DNA of 64,000 nucleotides from Candidatus Binatia bacterium (GTDB lineage: Bacteria > Desulfobacterota > Binatia > UBA9968 > JAJDTQ01): the NCBI GenBank assembly GCA_963666515.2, contig OY762897.2, positions 2,944,001 through 3,008,000 of the forward strand. Direction: 5' to 3'. The notes under the pieces were generated by a model. It was not told the DNA's origin. It saw only the letters and a list, made by a program, of their open reading frames with translations, and searched no databases. This document shows positions 1-9,165 of this stretch, piece after piece. Every line of letters starts with the position of its first letter. Within the stretch, counting starts at the first letter, position 1. Made by a program: the position numbers and the translations under genes.

Positions 1-3000
1 TCGGCGTCAATGACATTTCATCGGCGGTGAGGTGCAGTTTGCCCTGCTCGACGGCGCGCAGCTGGAAGCCACTGCTTCTAGTCCACTCCGGAATAAGCCA
101 CTGGCAAGAGTTGATGAGCGGCGACCCCAGCAACCACGGCTCCGCGTGATACACCATGCCGAAAAGAAGGATGCACCGGTGCTTCCGGGCAAAGGGCACC
201 AAGAGCGGTCCAACGTCATCGGGGTGCACCGCTAGTTCTGGGAAGACCAAGAGATCGATTGTCTGGCCGTCGCCACGGGCCATGCTGCGATGCGTGTCCC
301 GCAGTCGTCGCATCTGATTGACCCCCTCGAGTGCTGCTGCAAGATGCGCTCGGTGCCTAAGTCGAAACGAAGGGTCACCACTAAGATCAGGTGCAGTGGC
401 GTAGCGAAGGTAGTCCCCTAAGTCGGGGATCACCGTCTGGACAACGCCGATGCGCAGTGGCCGCCCCCAAGCAGTGGCATGCTCTGGTCGGTATGGAAGG
501 GGGGCAGACTGCTCCAAGAAAAGCGTTCGGCTGTGGGCCCCATACTGCGCACTAAGTGCGTCTAAACGGGACGCAATCGCTCCCCTGATCTCAGTGAGGC
601 TGCGACTGGGAGACATGACACCGGACCCAGGCCACCGGAGAAGCTCGTATAGCAGATCTTCTAAGAATGATGATATCGGGAGCCACGGAGGGCCGAATGC
701 GCTACGTCCCTGAAACGCTGAGTATCTCTGTTGTTCCCAGTGCGAGATGGGACGGGAATAGCGTGGCCCCATATAGCGCTTGGCATTGGTAGCTCCCACA
801 AAGAAATCGGTGGTCCCACGGATCGCGAATCGCAAGAGAGCCCCAATCTGATACCGTTGGCGCTCCTCGGGCGTCTCGCACCACTCAGGTAGTGTGAACA
901 AACGTGCCCCTGTACTTACGGATCTGCGAACCCGGAACGTGGCCGGGTCGATCCACCCGAACCGGTCACGTTGGTTGTCGGACTTGAGTCTGCACTCGAT
1001 CTGCCAAGGTGTGAGGGGCGTTTCGAATGTGTCTTCCGGGAGCCCAAATAGCCAGTGCGCAAAGTACAGGAGGTTCAGTTCGGTAAAGAACGGATTGTTT
1101 TGCAGGCTGGCGAGATCTGGCAGACAAGCGGCGGCATCTGGTGCCCGACGTGGCTTCAACCCCAGCCGCTCGGCCATCTGAGTGAGCGCATTGCCTGCGC
1201 CAAGTCTCGCCGCTTCCCACAACGCAGCGGCTGTGCTCGGGGAGCATGTCTCAACGCGGGACAGAAACTCCGGCGAAACTCCTTGCTGCGCGATGCGGTC
1301 AACCAATCCGTTAAGCGAGAAACCCGTCCGAGCAATGACGAGGAAACTCGATCGCTCATCCAACCCCGCTGGCCAATCGCCGCTCAGGAACTTGGCAAAC
1401 CGCCGATATAGCGCGAGTAACGGGCCACCCTTTGCGCCCAGTTGGGTCACAGTTTCCGGAAACGCTTCTCGCGCTGAGAGATAGAGAAACACCTGCTGCA
1501 TGAGGTACCACGGCAGACGAGAGCTGCTCGATTGGCCATTCACGAGCTGGTTGAAGATGTCTTGAGCCTCTTCGAGTAGTCGCTGGTGGTAGCGGTCTAA
1601 GCGAACGCCCTGCGGTAGACATTCGTCATCCGACACCATCCCCGTCTCGGTCGCCCCTGCTCGGAACAGTTCGGCCAGACAGTACAGGCGAATCTCGCGG
1701 CGGGCTCCCCTGGAACCATCGACCGCCCACCCTGGCTTGAGCACCCGGAGAACTTCATTCAGGAACTGAGGGTCCGGGTACATGTCGAGTGCCACACGCA
1801 GCAGACGCACGTTTGCCGGGTTGGCGGTCCACTCCTCGATGAGCAGTGCGGCGAAGAGCTTGGCTCGCTCGTCGAGCTGGACCTTGGAGAGCACTAGGCT
1901 TTGCTCGCTCCCTTCGTCGTCCGGCTCTTCGTCCGTAGGCGGCACTTCCCGTCCGACGTCCCGGTCGTCGCCCTCCAGCATGGGGCGCAAAGAGCGGAAT
2001 GTTCGCCGGAAACGGCCCGCTGCGAATCGAGCAGCCGTTTCGTCACGCATGTCGGATAGACCCACCAGCAGACCGGTTCTGCCGACTTCCTCAGGCTTGG
2101 TCTCGGTGGAGTACCTCTTCTGAGTGTGGAAAAAGCCCTCGATGGCACCAATCAGCTCGGTGCCGTGGAGCATGTCAAACACGCCGGATACGTCGCTCTG
2201 AATGCGTTTGGCGGCAAGAGACTGCGGCACGAGGAATCGCCGGTCGCGTCCTTCCACCGTCACAGTCGTCTTGGACTGTTCGACCACGAGCCCGGGAGCC
2301 GTTATATCAAGCTGGCGTTGGAGCCAATTGGATATGGCGTCGCGAACTTCACGCTCTGCAAGGCCGGGGTCGGAACGGGGGATCTGGACAACCAATCGGA
2401 AGTCGTCAACGTAATAAGCCGCATCCAGTAGCTTGATGCCTAGGGCTTCGTCAATGACCCGTCCGATCGCATCGCGGAGTCTCGTCTCAAAGTCCTGCAT
2501 CACGACATTCGCGAAGAAGCCTGATGCGACCAGCCCCTGTGGGAGCGCCACGTTCATAAAACCGTCAAGGTCGTGCTCGAGGGAATGGCGGGACGCGCGC
2601 TTCGTGTCCGCCCACCGCCAATCGAAGACACGGCCTGCGAACTCGAAGAACCTTGGATCATCACCGTCTCGTCCGAGTTGCTCGATCTTCTGACGGAGCA
2701 AGTCCGGCTGCACACGGTCGTAGAACTTCGACAGATCGCTCTGAACAATCGCCATCTCGAACTCCGGCGCGTCCGAGTCCACGCTCTCCGCCACAACTCG
2801 TGGGCGACGAAGAAACGTCTGGTAGTCCTGGAAATACTGGCGATACAGCTTGGAGCTACCCCAACGGTGACGAAGTCCGCCGTCCTCGGTATCATCGCAG
2901 ACGAGTCGGTGGCCATAGGCGAGGACACGGCGCCGATTCTCTTCTGAGTCGATCGACAGCCGAGGGTCATTCATCCGAGTTTCGATGCGGTCGGCTAAGC

Positions 3001-3361
3001 AGAGCATGATGGCCGTCGCCACGACTTGGTCCCGCAGCGCTACATGAGCAAGCGGACGGAGCTCCTTCTGGTAATTCTGATTGGCCCGCGGAATCCAATT
3101 GCCACTGTCATCGAAGCACCATCGCTGCGTCTTCGGAGCCGGAACCAGATCAAGGGGCTCGGGCGTCCAGTCGGAATATGTATCGATTGCTGCCCGGATC
3201 TCCGCGAGAAAGGCCGGGATGCGCAAGGTTTGAAAGTCGATGCCGAGCGTATCGGCATACCAACTGTGCGTCCGCAGATAGGAGGAAGTCTTCTTCCACG
3301 CCTGCATAAGTACGCATTCGAGCCGGAGGTCCTCCAGGGATGGGTTGAGGATCTGCTTCAT
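1..3361 (-). CDS. Reverse transcriptase-nitrilase fusion (defence-associated RT, DRT1/UG1-like); 3' end lies beyond the window
   Basis: Translated by hand from ATG at 3361 (MKQILNPSLEDLRLECVLMQAWKKTSSYLRTHSWYADTL) with no stop down to position 2 (1120 codons). RT motifs: SDLSKFYDRV (2711-2740), LPQGLVASGFFAN (2507-2545), YYVDD (2402-2416), GLVVEQSKT. C-terminal nitrilase motifs: LRIGVVQ, DLLVFPELAVHP (221-256, catalytic Glu), QGKLHLTADE (17-46, catalytic Lys). Absent from the ORF track. Confidence 0.92.
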   Translation of the reverse strand, partial: MKQILNPSLEDLRLECVLMQAWKKTSSYLRTHSWYADTLGIDFQTLRIPAFLAEIRAAIDTYSDWTPEPLDLVPAPKTQRWCFDDSGNWIPRANQNYQKELRPLAHVALRDQVVATAIMLCLADRIETRMNDPRLSIDSEENRRRVLAYGHRLVCDDTEDGGLRHRWGSSKLYRQYFQDYQTFLRRPRVVAESVDSDAPEFEMAIVQSDLSKFYDRVQPDLLRQKIEQLGRDGDDPRFFEFAGRVFDWRWADTKRASRHSLEHDLDGFMNVALPQGLVASGFFANVVMQDFETRLRDAIGRVIDEALGIKLLDAAYYVDDFRLVVQIPRSDPGLAEREVRDAISNWLQRQLDITAPGLVVEQSKTTVTVEGRDRRFLVPQSLAAKRIQSDVSGVFDMLHGTELIGAIEGFFHTQKRYSTETKPEEVGRTGLLVGLSDMRDETAARFAAGRFRRTFRSLRPMLEGDDRDVGREVPPTDEEPDDEGSEQSLVLSKVQLDERAKLFAALLIEEWTANPANVRLLRVALDMYPDPQFLNEVLRVLKPGWAVDGSRGARREIRLYCLAELFRAGATETGMVSDDECLPQGVRLDRYHQRLLEEAQDIFNQLVNGQSSSSRLPWYLMQQVFLYLSAREAFPETVTQLGAKGGPLLALYRRFAKFLSGDWPAGLDERSSFLVIARTGFSLNGLVDRIAQQGVSPEFLSRVETCSPSTAAALWEAARLGAGNALTQMAERLGLKPRRAPDAAACLPDLASLQNNPFFTELNLLYFAHWLFGLPEDTFETPLTPWQIECRLKSDNQRDRFGWIDPATFRVRRSVSTGARLFTLPEWCETPEERQRYQIGALLRFAIRGTTDFFVGATNAKRYMGPRYSRPISHWEQQRYSAFQGRSAFGPPWLPISSFLEDLLYELLRWPGSGVMSPSRSLTEIRGAIASRLDALSAQYGAHSRTLFLEQSAPLPYRPEHATAWGRPLRIGVVQTVIPDLGDYLRYATAPDLSGDPSFRLRHRAHLAAALEGVNQMRRLRDTHRSMARGDGQTIDLLVFPELAVHPDDVGPLLVPFARKHRCILLFGMVYHAEPWLLGSPLINSCQWLIPEWTRSSGFQLRAVEQGKLHLTADEMSLTP

Positions 3362-3383
3362 TCTCGGTTCCTGACGCGGAAAC

Positions 3384-4640
3384 TCATGCCGTTCCCCCCT
3401 CGCCTTGTTCCAGCAGCGCCGTCACGCGGCGGTCTCCCGTCAAGAGGTCCTGCATAAGGCCGACCTTTATTGACCTGAGTTTGTAGAGGTGTTCCCGGTA
3501 GGCATTGAGGATCTCCCTCACAGCCGAGATGCGAACCGCAATCGCCGTCTGTTCATCCAAGTTCCTCGGGAACGCGGCAGGGATCGAACGAAGATTCGTT
3601 GGATTGATGTTCACTTGCTGAACTGCGGGCGTGGCCTGTCGGCGCATAGCGATCTGAATTCGTTCCCAGTTCAGCCAGAAATTAAGCATCTCGGGCAACA
3701 GTTTGTCCGGGTGCGGGTTCAGCCGCACGAGGTACGACGCGAAGGTTGTGCTCTCGATCTGCCCTCTCCAGATACCGGTTCGACCGACATGCTCCCAGCT
3801 ATTGGTTCGATTGAAGAGCACATCCCCATCTCTCAGCCATAAATGCTTGGGCACCGGGCCATCAGTGAACTTGAGGTCAGATAGTTCGGCTTCACCATCG
3901 AGCAGATTGTTCATGCGCAACACGGGATAACCCGATTCTCCGAGCGATGTTGAAATCCCATACTCCGCCGAAGGAACAAACACCGCCAAGGATGCACTTT
4001 CCCACTCCATCGGGATCCGTCCGAGCGGGGAGTCTTTGAACTTGTGGGTCTGTTCGGAGCGGAGGTTGCCGTGCTCGTCGATGCCGCGGGTGAGCAGATC
4101 CTGTACCAGGCCGGTCTTGATGCGCTGCTGCTTGACGATGAGCGCCTCGGTCTCCTCGATTGCCCGATCCATCGTCGAAAGCACCTCAGAGATTTTGGCT
4201 TGCTCGGCCTTTTCCTTCGGGTGCAGGACCGGCCACTGTTTCAATTCCGAAGAGTTGATCGCCTCAAACGTGGAACCCTGTGAAGCGAGCCTGAATCTTG
4301 GCTCCTGGAAGACCAGAAAGTGCTCAAGAAAGTCCTGAGTTACTCGCGTTCCTTTCAACGCGGCCAAGCCGCGACCAATCACATAATCACGGTTGGCGAC
4401 ATTCAGACGTCCGACGGGCGCGCGAACGCTGAGTAGGATCGATCCAGCACACCCAATCTTTTTGCTGTGGCTGCAATAGATGGTATGCATGGGATGCCGG
4501 CCCTGAAACTCCGCGCACCCTTGTAGGAATGGAAGTCCGACTTCCTCCTCAGAGTAGTACTTGGAATCAGGTGACTGGCCCATGACGACTTGGGCGACCT
4601 CCGCGAGCGGTTTGATGTGCCAGCCATCCGGAAGCGTCAT
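3384..4640 (-). CDS. hsdS: Type I restriction-modification specificity subunit
   Basis: Two TRD-plus-helix repeats (LPDGW.../IPMEW...; EQAKISEVL...[10 protein letters not shown] and EQTAIA...GLMQDLLTG); overlaps the hsdM stop. Confidence 0.95.
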   Translation of the reverse strand: MTLPDGWHIKPLAEVAQVVMGQSPDSKYYSEEEVGLPFLQGCAEFQGRHPMHTIYCSHSKKIGCAGSILLSVRAPVGRLNVANRDYVIGRGLAALKGTRVTQDFLEHFLVFQEPRFRLASQGSTFEAINSSELKQWPVLHPKEKAEQAKISEVLSTMDRAIEETEALIVKQQRIKTGLVQDLLTRGIDEHGNLRSEQTHKFKDSPLGRIPMEWESASLAVFVPSAEYGISTSLGESGYPVLRMNNLLDGEAELSDLKFTDGPVPKHLWLRDGDVLFNRTNSWEHVGRTGIWRGQIESTTFASYLVRLNPHPDKLLPEMLNFWLNWERIQIAMRRQATPAVQQVNINPTNLRSIPAAFPRNLDEQTAIAVRISAVREILNAYREHLYKLRSIKVGLMQDLLTGDRRVTALLEQGEGGTA

Positions 4641-7324
4641 ACCAGGTACCCCAATCCCGTCAGGGAACCGCCCATCGTGGCCAGCGTGGTCGCTCGATCA
4701 CTTTCCAATTTGTCCGCGGAGATGGCGTACTTCTCCCATAGGCTCTCGACGGCTCGCACGAGCACCCGCTTCTCCGCATTGAGGTAGCGGTCCAGCTCCG
4801 TGCGGGCGATGTCATAGATCTTCTTCAGGATCAGGCGGCGGGCGTCGGTCTCACTGATCTGGCCGCCAATCGCCTTGAGGACCGTATCAGCCTGGGCCAT
4901 GCGGGCGTTCAGTGCCTCCTTGTCCTTGCCCAGCGCGGTGATGGTCTTCTTGTCGGCCTTCTTCTGGGGGTCCAGCCCGGCGAGACGGGCATCGGCCTGC
5001 GCGATCAGCGTCTGTGTCTCGGCCTTGAAGTCGTCTGCCCCGAGGCGCTTGAGTTCGAGCTTGAACTCAAGCACTGCGGCCTTTTCCTTGAGTGTCCCCC
5101 TAACGTCCTTGATGCGCTTCTCGATCGCCTTGATGGCCTTGTCCTGGTCCGTAAGGTTCTTGAGCTCCTTTCTTGCGGAGGCGCCGCTGGTGCTTTTCAG
5201 GTCGTCGATGAGCGCCTTGAGAGTCTTCTTGATTGCGGCTGCGGTGACCTTCTCGTCCTCGTCGAGCTCGTAGCCGCTGACCTCCTGGGCCGTCTCGACG
5301 GCCTCGGACAGCTCGCCTTGGGCTTCGGCGATGGTCGCCTCCAGCGCCTCAATGGCGTCGGCCTCGGCCTGGAAATATTCGGCGATGAGGTACTCATCGG
5401 GGATGAGGGTATGGTGCCAGCCCGTGGAGACGATAGTCTTGAGGTCGTAGCGGATTTGCTTCCACCAGTTGACGAAGACGCCGGCACTCTTGAACTCGTC
5501 GAGCACGCCCAGCGGCACGAGCTTGGCCTTGAGGGTGGTGAGCAGCTCGTGGCGGACTTCGGGCATTTTCTTGCCGCCGTTGCCCGCATGCTGGAGCTGG
5601 GCGAAGTCGTCTCTGGCAACCGTCCACCAGGATTCGAGGGCACCGTGGTGCCGGGTGAGAGTGCCCAGCAGTGCCGGGGCCGCCTCGAGCGTGGCCCTGA
5701 TGGCGGGCCCAGCGTCGACGGACTCGCGAAAGGCGAGGTAGGCGGGACGCTCAGGCTCGAAGAGTGAATCCAGGTTTACGCCGAACTTGGCGAAGTCGTC
5801 CGTGAGCGTAGCGACCTCCGCCTCGGGGATTCCGCCGATGAGGTGCGCCTGGACATCCTCCGGCTCGGGGTCGGGCGTGTTGTCCACGTAGCGACGGATG
5901 TTGAGGTTGTAGTCGTGGGTGTCCACGATCTCGGACTTGGGCACGAGGCGCGAGTACTTGGACAGTTCGCGCTTGTGGGTGAAGACGAAATCTATCTTTT
6001 CGATGTCCTCGGGGCGAAGCCGGTTCTGGTTCTTGCCCTCTGCGTATTCGCGATCGGCGTTGATGAAGAGGACCTTGTCCTTGAGCGCGTCGGGCTTGCT
6101 CTTGTTGCAGACCAGCACGCAGGCGGGAATGCCCGTGCCGTAGAAGAGGCCGGGCGGCAGGCTGACAATGGCCTCGATGCAATCGTCATTGATGAAAAGC
6201 TCGCGGATGAGCTTTTCCTTACCGCCACGGAACAGGACCCCGTGCGGCATGATCGTCGCCATCCGGCCGTTGGACTTGAGGCTGGCGAGCATGTGCTGGA
6301 CGAACATGAGGTCCGCCTTCTTGCCGGACTCCGGGCACCACTCGCGGAAGCGGCTGGTGAACTTCATGTCGGCGCGGCTGTAGTTCTGCGAGAACGGCGG
6401 GTTGGCGAGCACACGGTCGAACTTGCGGATCTGCCCGTTGTCGAGGATGAGCGGGTTCTCCAGCGTGTCGTCGTTCTCGATCGTGGATCGGGTGATGTTG
6501 TGGAGGATCATGTTCATGATGCAGATCGACCAGACCGTGCCGTTGGAGTCCTGGCCGTAGAGGGCGAGGTCGTCAGCGTTCTGGCCCTGTTCTTCCACGT
6601 ACTGGTGGGACTGAATGAGGAAGCCGCCGGAGCCGACCGTGGGGTCGTAGATGGTATTGCCGGCCTCCGGCTGAGTGAGTTGGACGAGCAGGCGGACGAC
6701 CTCGCCAGGAGTATAGAACTCACCGCCCTTCTTACCAGCACTGTCAGCGAAGAACTTGATGAGGTACTCGTAGGCGGCACCGAGCAGGTCGGGAAACTCG
6801 AAGTTATCGTTGACGAGGACGAACCTGGGCTGGCTGAAGTGGTCGAGCAGGTCTTTCCAGTTCTGGTCCGGGATCTTGGTCTTGCCCTTCACCGCATTGA
6901 AGTCGATGTTGTTCTTCAACACCCCGGCGAGCGCATCGTTCTCGTCTTCAATCGCAGCGATGGCCTTGTTGAGCATGTTGCCGATGTCGTGCTTTAAGTC
7001 CTTCACGGCCGGCACGAGAGCGCCGTTGTCGTCCTTCCAGGGCTCGTGCCAGCGGGCTCTGACGGGGACAAAGAAAGTCTCGCCGTAGGACGTCTTGTCT
7101 TCGAGCAACTCGGCGACAAGTTGCGGCTGGTCTTTGAGGTGTGCGAAGGTTTTCGTGCGGAGCTGCTCGCGTTTGCGGTCGAACTCGTCGGAAAGCCGCT
7201 TCAGGAACAGCATGCCGAAGATGAACTCCTTGAATTCCGAGGCGTCCATCTTGCCACGCAGGATGTCGGCGGCCTTCAGGAGGAAGGATTCGAGCTGGGT
7301 GAGGGTGATTTTCTCTTGTTTCAT
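4637..7324 (-). CDS. hsdM: Type I R-M N6-adenine methyltransferase subunit, long form with coiled-coil C-terminal extension
   Basis: [17 protein letters not shown]-terminus, [17 protein letters not shown] (SAM binding), NPPF catalytic motif; 895 aa. Confidence 0.97.
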   Translation of the reverse strand: MKQEKITLTQLESFLLKAADILRGKMDASEFKEFIFGMLFLKRLSDEFDRKREQLRTKTFAHLKDQPQLVAELLEDKTSYGETFFVPVRARWHEPWKDDNGALVPAVKDLKHDIGNMLNKAIAAIEDENDALAGVLKNNIDFNAVKGKTKIPDQNWKDLLDHFSQPRFVLVNDNFEFPDLLGAAYEYLIKFFADSAGKKGGEFYTPGEVVRLLVQLTQPEAGNTIYDPTVGSGGFLIQSHQYVEEQGQNADDLALYGQDSNGTVWSICIMNMILHNITRSTIENDDTLENPLILDNGQIRKFDRVLANPPFSQNYSRADMKFTSRFREWCPESGKKADLMFVQHMLASLKSNGRMATIMPHGVLFRGGKEKLIRELFINDDCIEAIVSLPPGLFYGTGIPACVLVCNKSKPDALKDKVLFINADREYAEGKNQNRLRPEDIEKIDFVFTHKRELSKYSRLVPKSEIVDTHDYNLNIRRYVDNTPDPEPEDVQAHLIGGIPEAEVATLTDDFAKFGVNLDSLFEPERPAYLAFRESVDAGPAIRATLEAAPALLGTLTRHHGALESWWTVARDDFAQLQHAGNGGKKMPEVRHELLTTLKAKLVPLGVLDEFKSAGVFVNWWKQIRYDLKTIVSTGWHHTLIPDEYLIAEYFQAEADAIEALEATIAEAQGELSEAVETAQEVSGYELDEDEKVTAAAIKKTLKALIDDLKSTSGASARKELKNLTDQDKAIKAIEKRIKDVRGTLKEKAAVLEFKLELKRLGADDFKAETQTLIAQADARLAGLDPQKKADKKTITALGKDKEALNARMAQADTVLKAIGGQISETDARRLILKKIYDIARTELDRYLNAEKRVLVRAVESLWEKYAISADKLESDRATTLATMGGSLTGLGYLV

Positions 7325-7337
7325 CTTCTGCCCTCTC

Positions 7338-7492
7338 TCACGCTTCCGCCTCTGCGTTCCCCATTTGCTTTCCGAACGCCTGCCGGACCAGACCCATCAC
7401 ATAGGGGGCATCTCTTCCGGCTTGCTTAGGCTCACCTCTAAATCACCATTCCCCCAACGACCAAGGTTGGTGACGCCCGTCGCCAGACCTTT
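7338..7492 (-). pseudogene. 3' remnant of a DUF5655-like domain gene (a domain often found at the C-terminus of GmrSD-type restriction proteins)
   Basis: Reads KGLATGVTNLGRWGNGDLEVSLSKPEEMP, then a frameshift in the C5 run at 7404-7408, then [21 protein letters not shown]. No start codon; in-frame TAG upstream. Family assigned from recalled motif GRWGNGD.EV. Confidence 0.65.
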
Positions 7493-7530
7493 CTAGGCGA
7501 TAGCTTGGAGAGAGTTTAAGGCACCATCAA

Positions 7531-7588
7531 TGGTGGAGGCGAGGGGAATCGAACCCCCGTCCGAAGGCTTTCCGCCAGAAGTGACTAC
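7531..7588 (-). repeat. att-like duplicate of the tmRNA 3' end (58-bp direct repeat of 8251-8308)
   Basis: tggtggaggcg(a/g)ggggaatcgaacccccgtccgaaggctttccgccagaagtgactac occurs at 7531 and 8251 with one mismatch. Confidence 0.95.
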
Positions 7589-7594
7589 GTGGGT

Positions 7595-7876
7595 TTACTG
7601 GGTGCGCGCTGTCCGTGGCACACTATGCGTCGCCATTGACTGGCCACTTTCTGAAATCGGCTGCTGTTGGTTCTGCGAAGCGGGAAACGGCAGACCGTCT
7701 TCTTTCAAGACTTCAAGCCAAGCGCATACGGCGATTCGTATCTCGTGGAGCGCTTCTTCTGGCGTATCGCCGTAGGCTGACAAATCGGGCACTTCGACAC
7801 ATCCTGCCTCAAAGCCCTCCGACTCGTCGCACTTTTTCCACCGATACGTGTAAGGCGGCAAATCGTGAACATCCAT
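7595..7876 (-). CDS. hicB: HicB family antitoxin (short form)
   Basis: GGAGG then ATG at 7876 (alternative start 7882); VEVPDLSAYGDTPEEALHEIRIAVCAWLEVLKEDGLPFP matches the HicB N-domain; follows hicA. Confidence 0.85.
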   Translation of the reverse strand: MDVHDLPPYTYRWKKCDESEGFEAGCVEVPDLSAYGDTPEEALHEIRIAVCAWLEVLKEDGLPFPASQNQQQPISESGQSMATHSVPRTARTQ

Positions 7877-7893
7877 GGCCATGCCTCCCCAAT

Positions 7894-8160
7894 CTAAATT
7901 AAACCCATGTACCTCGCCCGTTTCAACACCTCTTTGACTTGCTCCGGCTTCGCCTTTCCGGTCTTCAAGCGTTGCAGATTGAGCGGGTGCGGGTAAACGT
8001 CCTTCGCCCCTGTCGCCAGCGGATGGGTGAAAATATGGTGGCTGCCTTTGCGGTTCCGAAGCTTCCAGCCAAGTTGCTCCACGAGTTTCAGCAAGTCGTT
8101 GAAAGGGCAATTCGATGGAGAATTCTCCGCGTTTTCCAGCAGTTTCTTGCCCACTGCCAT
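7894..8160 (-). CDS. hicA: HicA family mRNA interferase toxin
   Basis: 88 aa, basic; LLKLVEQLGWKLRNRKGSHHIFTHP contains the GSH motif. Confidence 0.88.
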   Translation of the reverse strand: MAVGKKLLENAENSPSNCPFNDLLKLVEQLGWKLRNRKGSHHIFTHPLATGAKDVYPHPLNLQRLKTGKAKPEQVKEVLKRARYMGLI

Positions 8161-8250
8161 AACTTGAGAATCGTCCTACTACCTTTGGGCGCAGGCGGCG
8201 CAGGGTTTCCAAACGGATTGTCGGCCCCAGCGTCATAGTCCGTAACCGAT

Positions 8251-8600
8251 TGGTGGAGGCGGGGGGAATCGAACCCCCGTCCGAAGGCTTTCCGCCAGAA
8301 GTGACTACATGCTTAGTCGCCGTTTGAGTCTCGCCGCTCAAGCTCCCGACGACAGGGGCGTGAGCGGCCAGCCGGTTTGAATCTCGACCTCAACCCCTCC
8401 GGCAGGAGAATCGGTCCATCCCGCTGAATGACGCCTTGTCCGGCCCCGCGGGAGAAGGCCGGCAAGACGCTGGCTGTCTAAGCAGCCAGAGCGTACTCTT
8501 GTTCGTCTGCAGTTACTTGCAGTCCTGCGTTTTTAACGGGGCCGCAGGACCCCGGCATGCCACTTTGACTTCCCACCCCCGTCGAACCCATATCGCCCCC
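8251..8600 (-). ncRNA. ssrA: tmRNA
   Basis: 5' GGGGGCGA...GGTTCGAC; 3' T-arm GGTTCGATTCC...CTCCACCA; tag ORF at 8478-8510 encodes ADEQEYALAA*; directly downstream of smpB. Confidence 0.97.
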
Positions 8601-8622
8601 AATGATAGGCCCGGCCCGGCGG

Positions 8623-9096
8623 TCAACTTCTGCGGCTCTTCATGGAGCGTTCCATCTCCCGCCGGACCATCTTTTCCTTGACCGTGGCGCGCTTGTCGTA
8701 GAGCTTCTTGCCTCGGGCCAGGCCCAGCTCCACCTTGGCGCGCCCATCCTTGAAGTATAGCTTCAGGGGAATCAGGGTCAAGCCGCGCTCCTTGACCTTT
8801 CCCGTGAGCCGCATGATCTCTCGCTTGTGCATGAGCAGCTTCCGCGGCCGGGTGGGCTCGTGGTTGAACATGTTGGCCGCGGGATACGGGCTGATGTGAG
8901 AGTTGACCAGCACCACCTCGCCCTTGTCGACGCGGGCGTAGCTGTCGGCCAGGTTCGCGCGTCCGTCCCGCAGCGACTTGACCTCGCTGCCCAGGAGCAC
9001 CATGCCGGCCTCGAAGGACTCGTCGATGAAGTACTCCCGGCGCGCCCGCCGGTTGACGGTGACGGTCTTGACGGAGGTTTCCTTGGCAGAGGCCAT
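8623..9096 (-). CDS. smpB: SsrA-binding protein
   Basis: NRRARREY, EAGMVLLGSEVKSLR, RKLLMHKREI, GKKLYDKR. Confidence 0.98.
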   Translation of the reverse strand: MASAKETSVKTVTVNRRARREYFIDESFEAGMVLLGSEVKSLRDGRANLADSYARVDKGEVVLVNSHISPYPAANMFNHEPTRPRKLLMHKREIMRLTGKVKERGLTLIPLKLYFKDGRAKVELGLARGKKLYDKRATVKEKMVRREMERSMKSRRS

Positions 9097-9165
9097 GGGA
9101 TGGGTCTTCTTTCTTCGTTCTGGCGGTTCCGCGGCCGCCGGACCCGGCGGCGGGCGGAGGCTCGC

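Larger units (their letters stand above)
7531..8308. mobile_element. Mini-island at tmRNA carrying only hicAB, bounded by direct repeats
   Basis: Direct repeats 720 bp apart; no integrase between them. Confidence 0.75.

Noticed and set aside
3362-3383. Possible retron msr-msd or DRT ncRNA upstream of the RT
   Set aside because: Only 22 nt separate hsdS from the RT, and no retron VTG motif or flanking inverted repeats were seen. An RNA downstream of the gene cannot be excluded
7-3457. Many short ORFs listed in the track over 1-3.4 kb
   Set aside because: They are shadow frames of the single long minus-strand RT-nitrilase gene
7531-7588. tRNA-like sequence
   Set aside because: It is a copy of the tmRNA 3' end (T-arm and acceptor half) with no 5' half
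7595-8341. 248-aa ORF starting inside the tmRNA
   Set aside because: Chance upstream extension of hicB through hicA and ssrA; the real start has its own GGAGG
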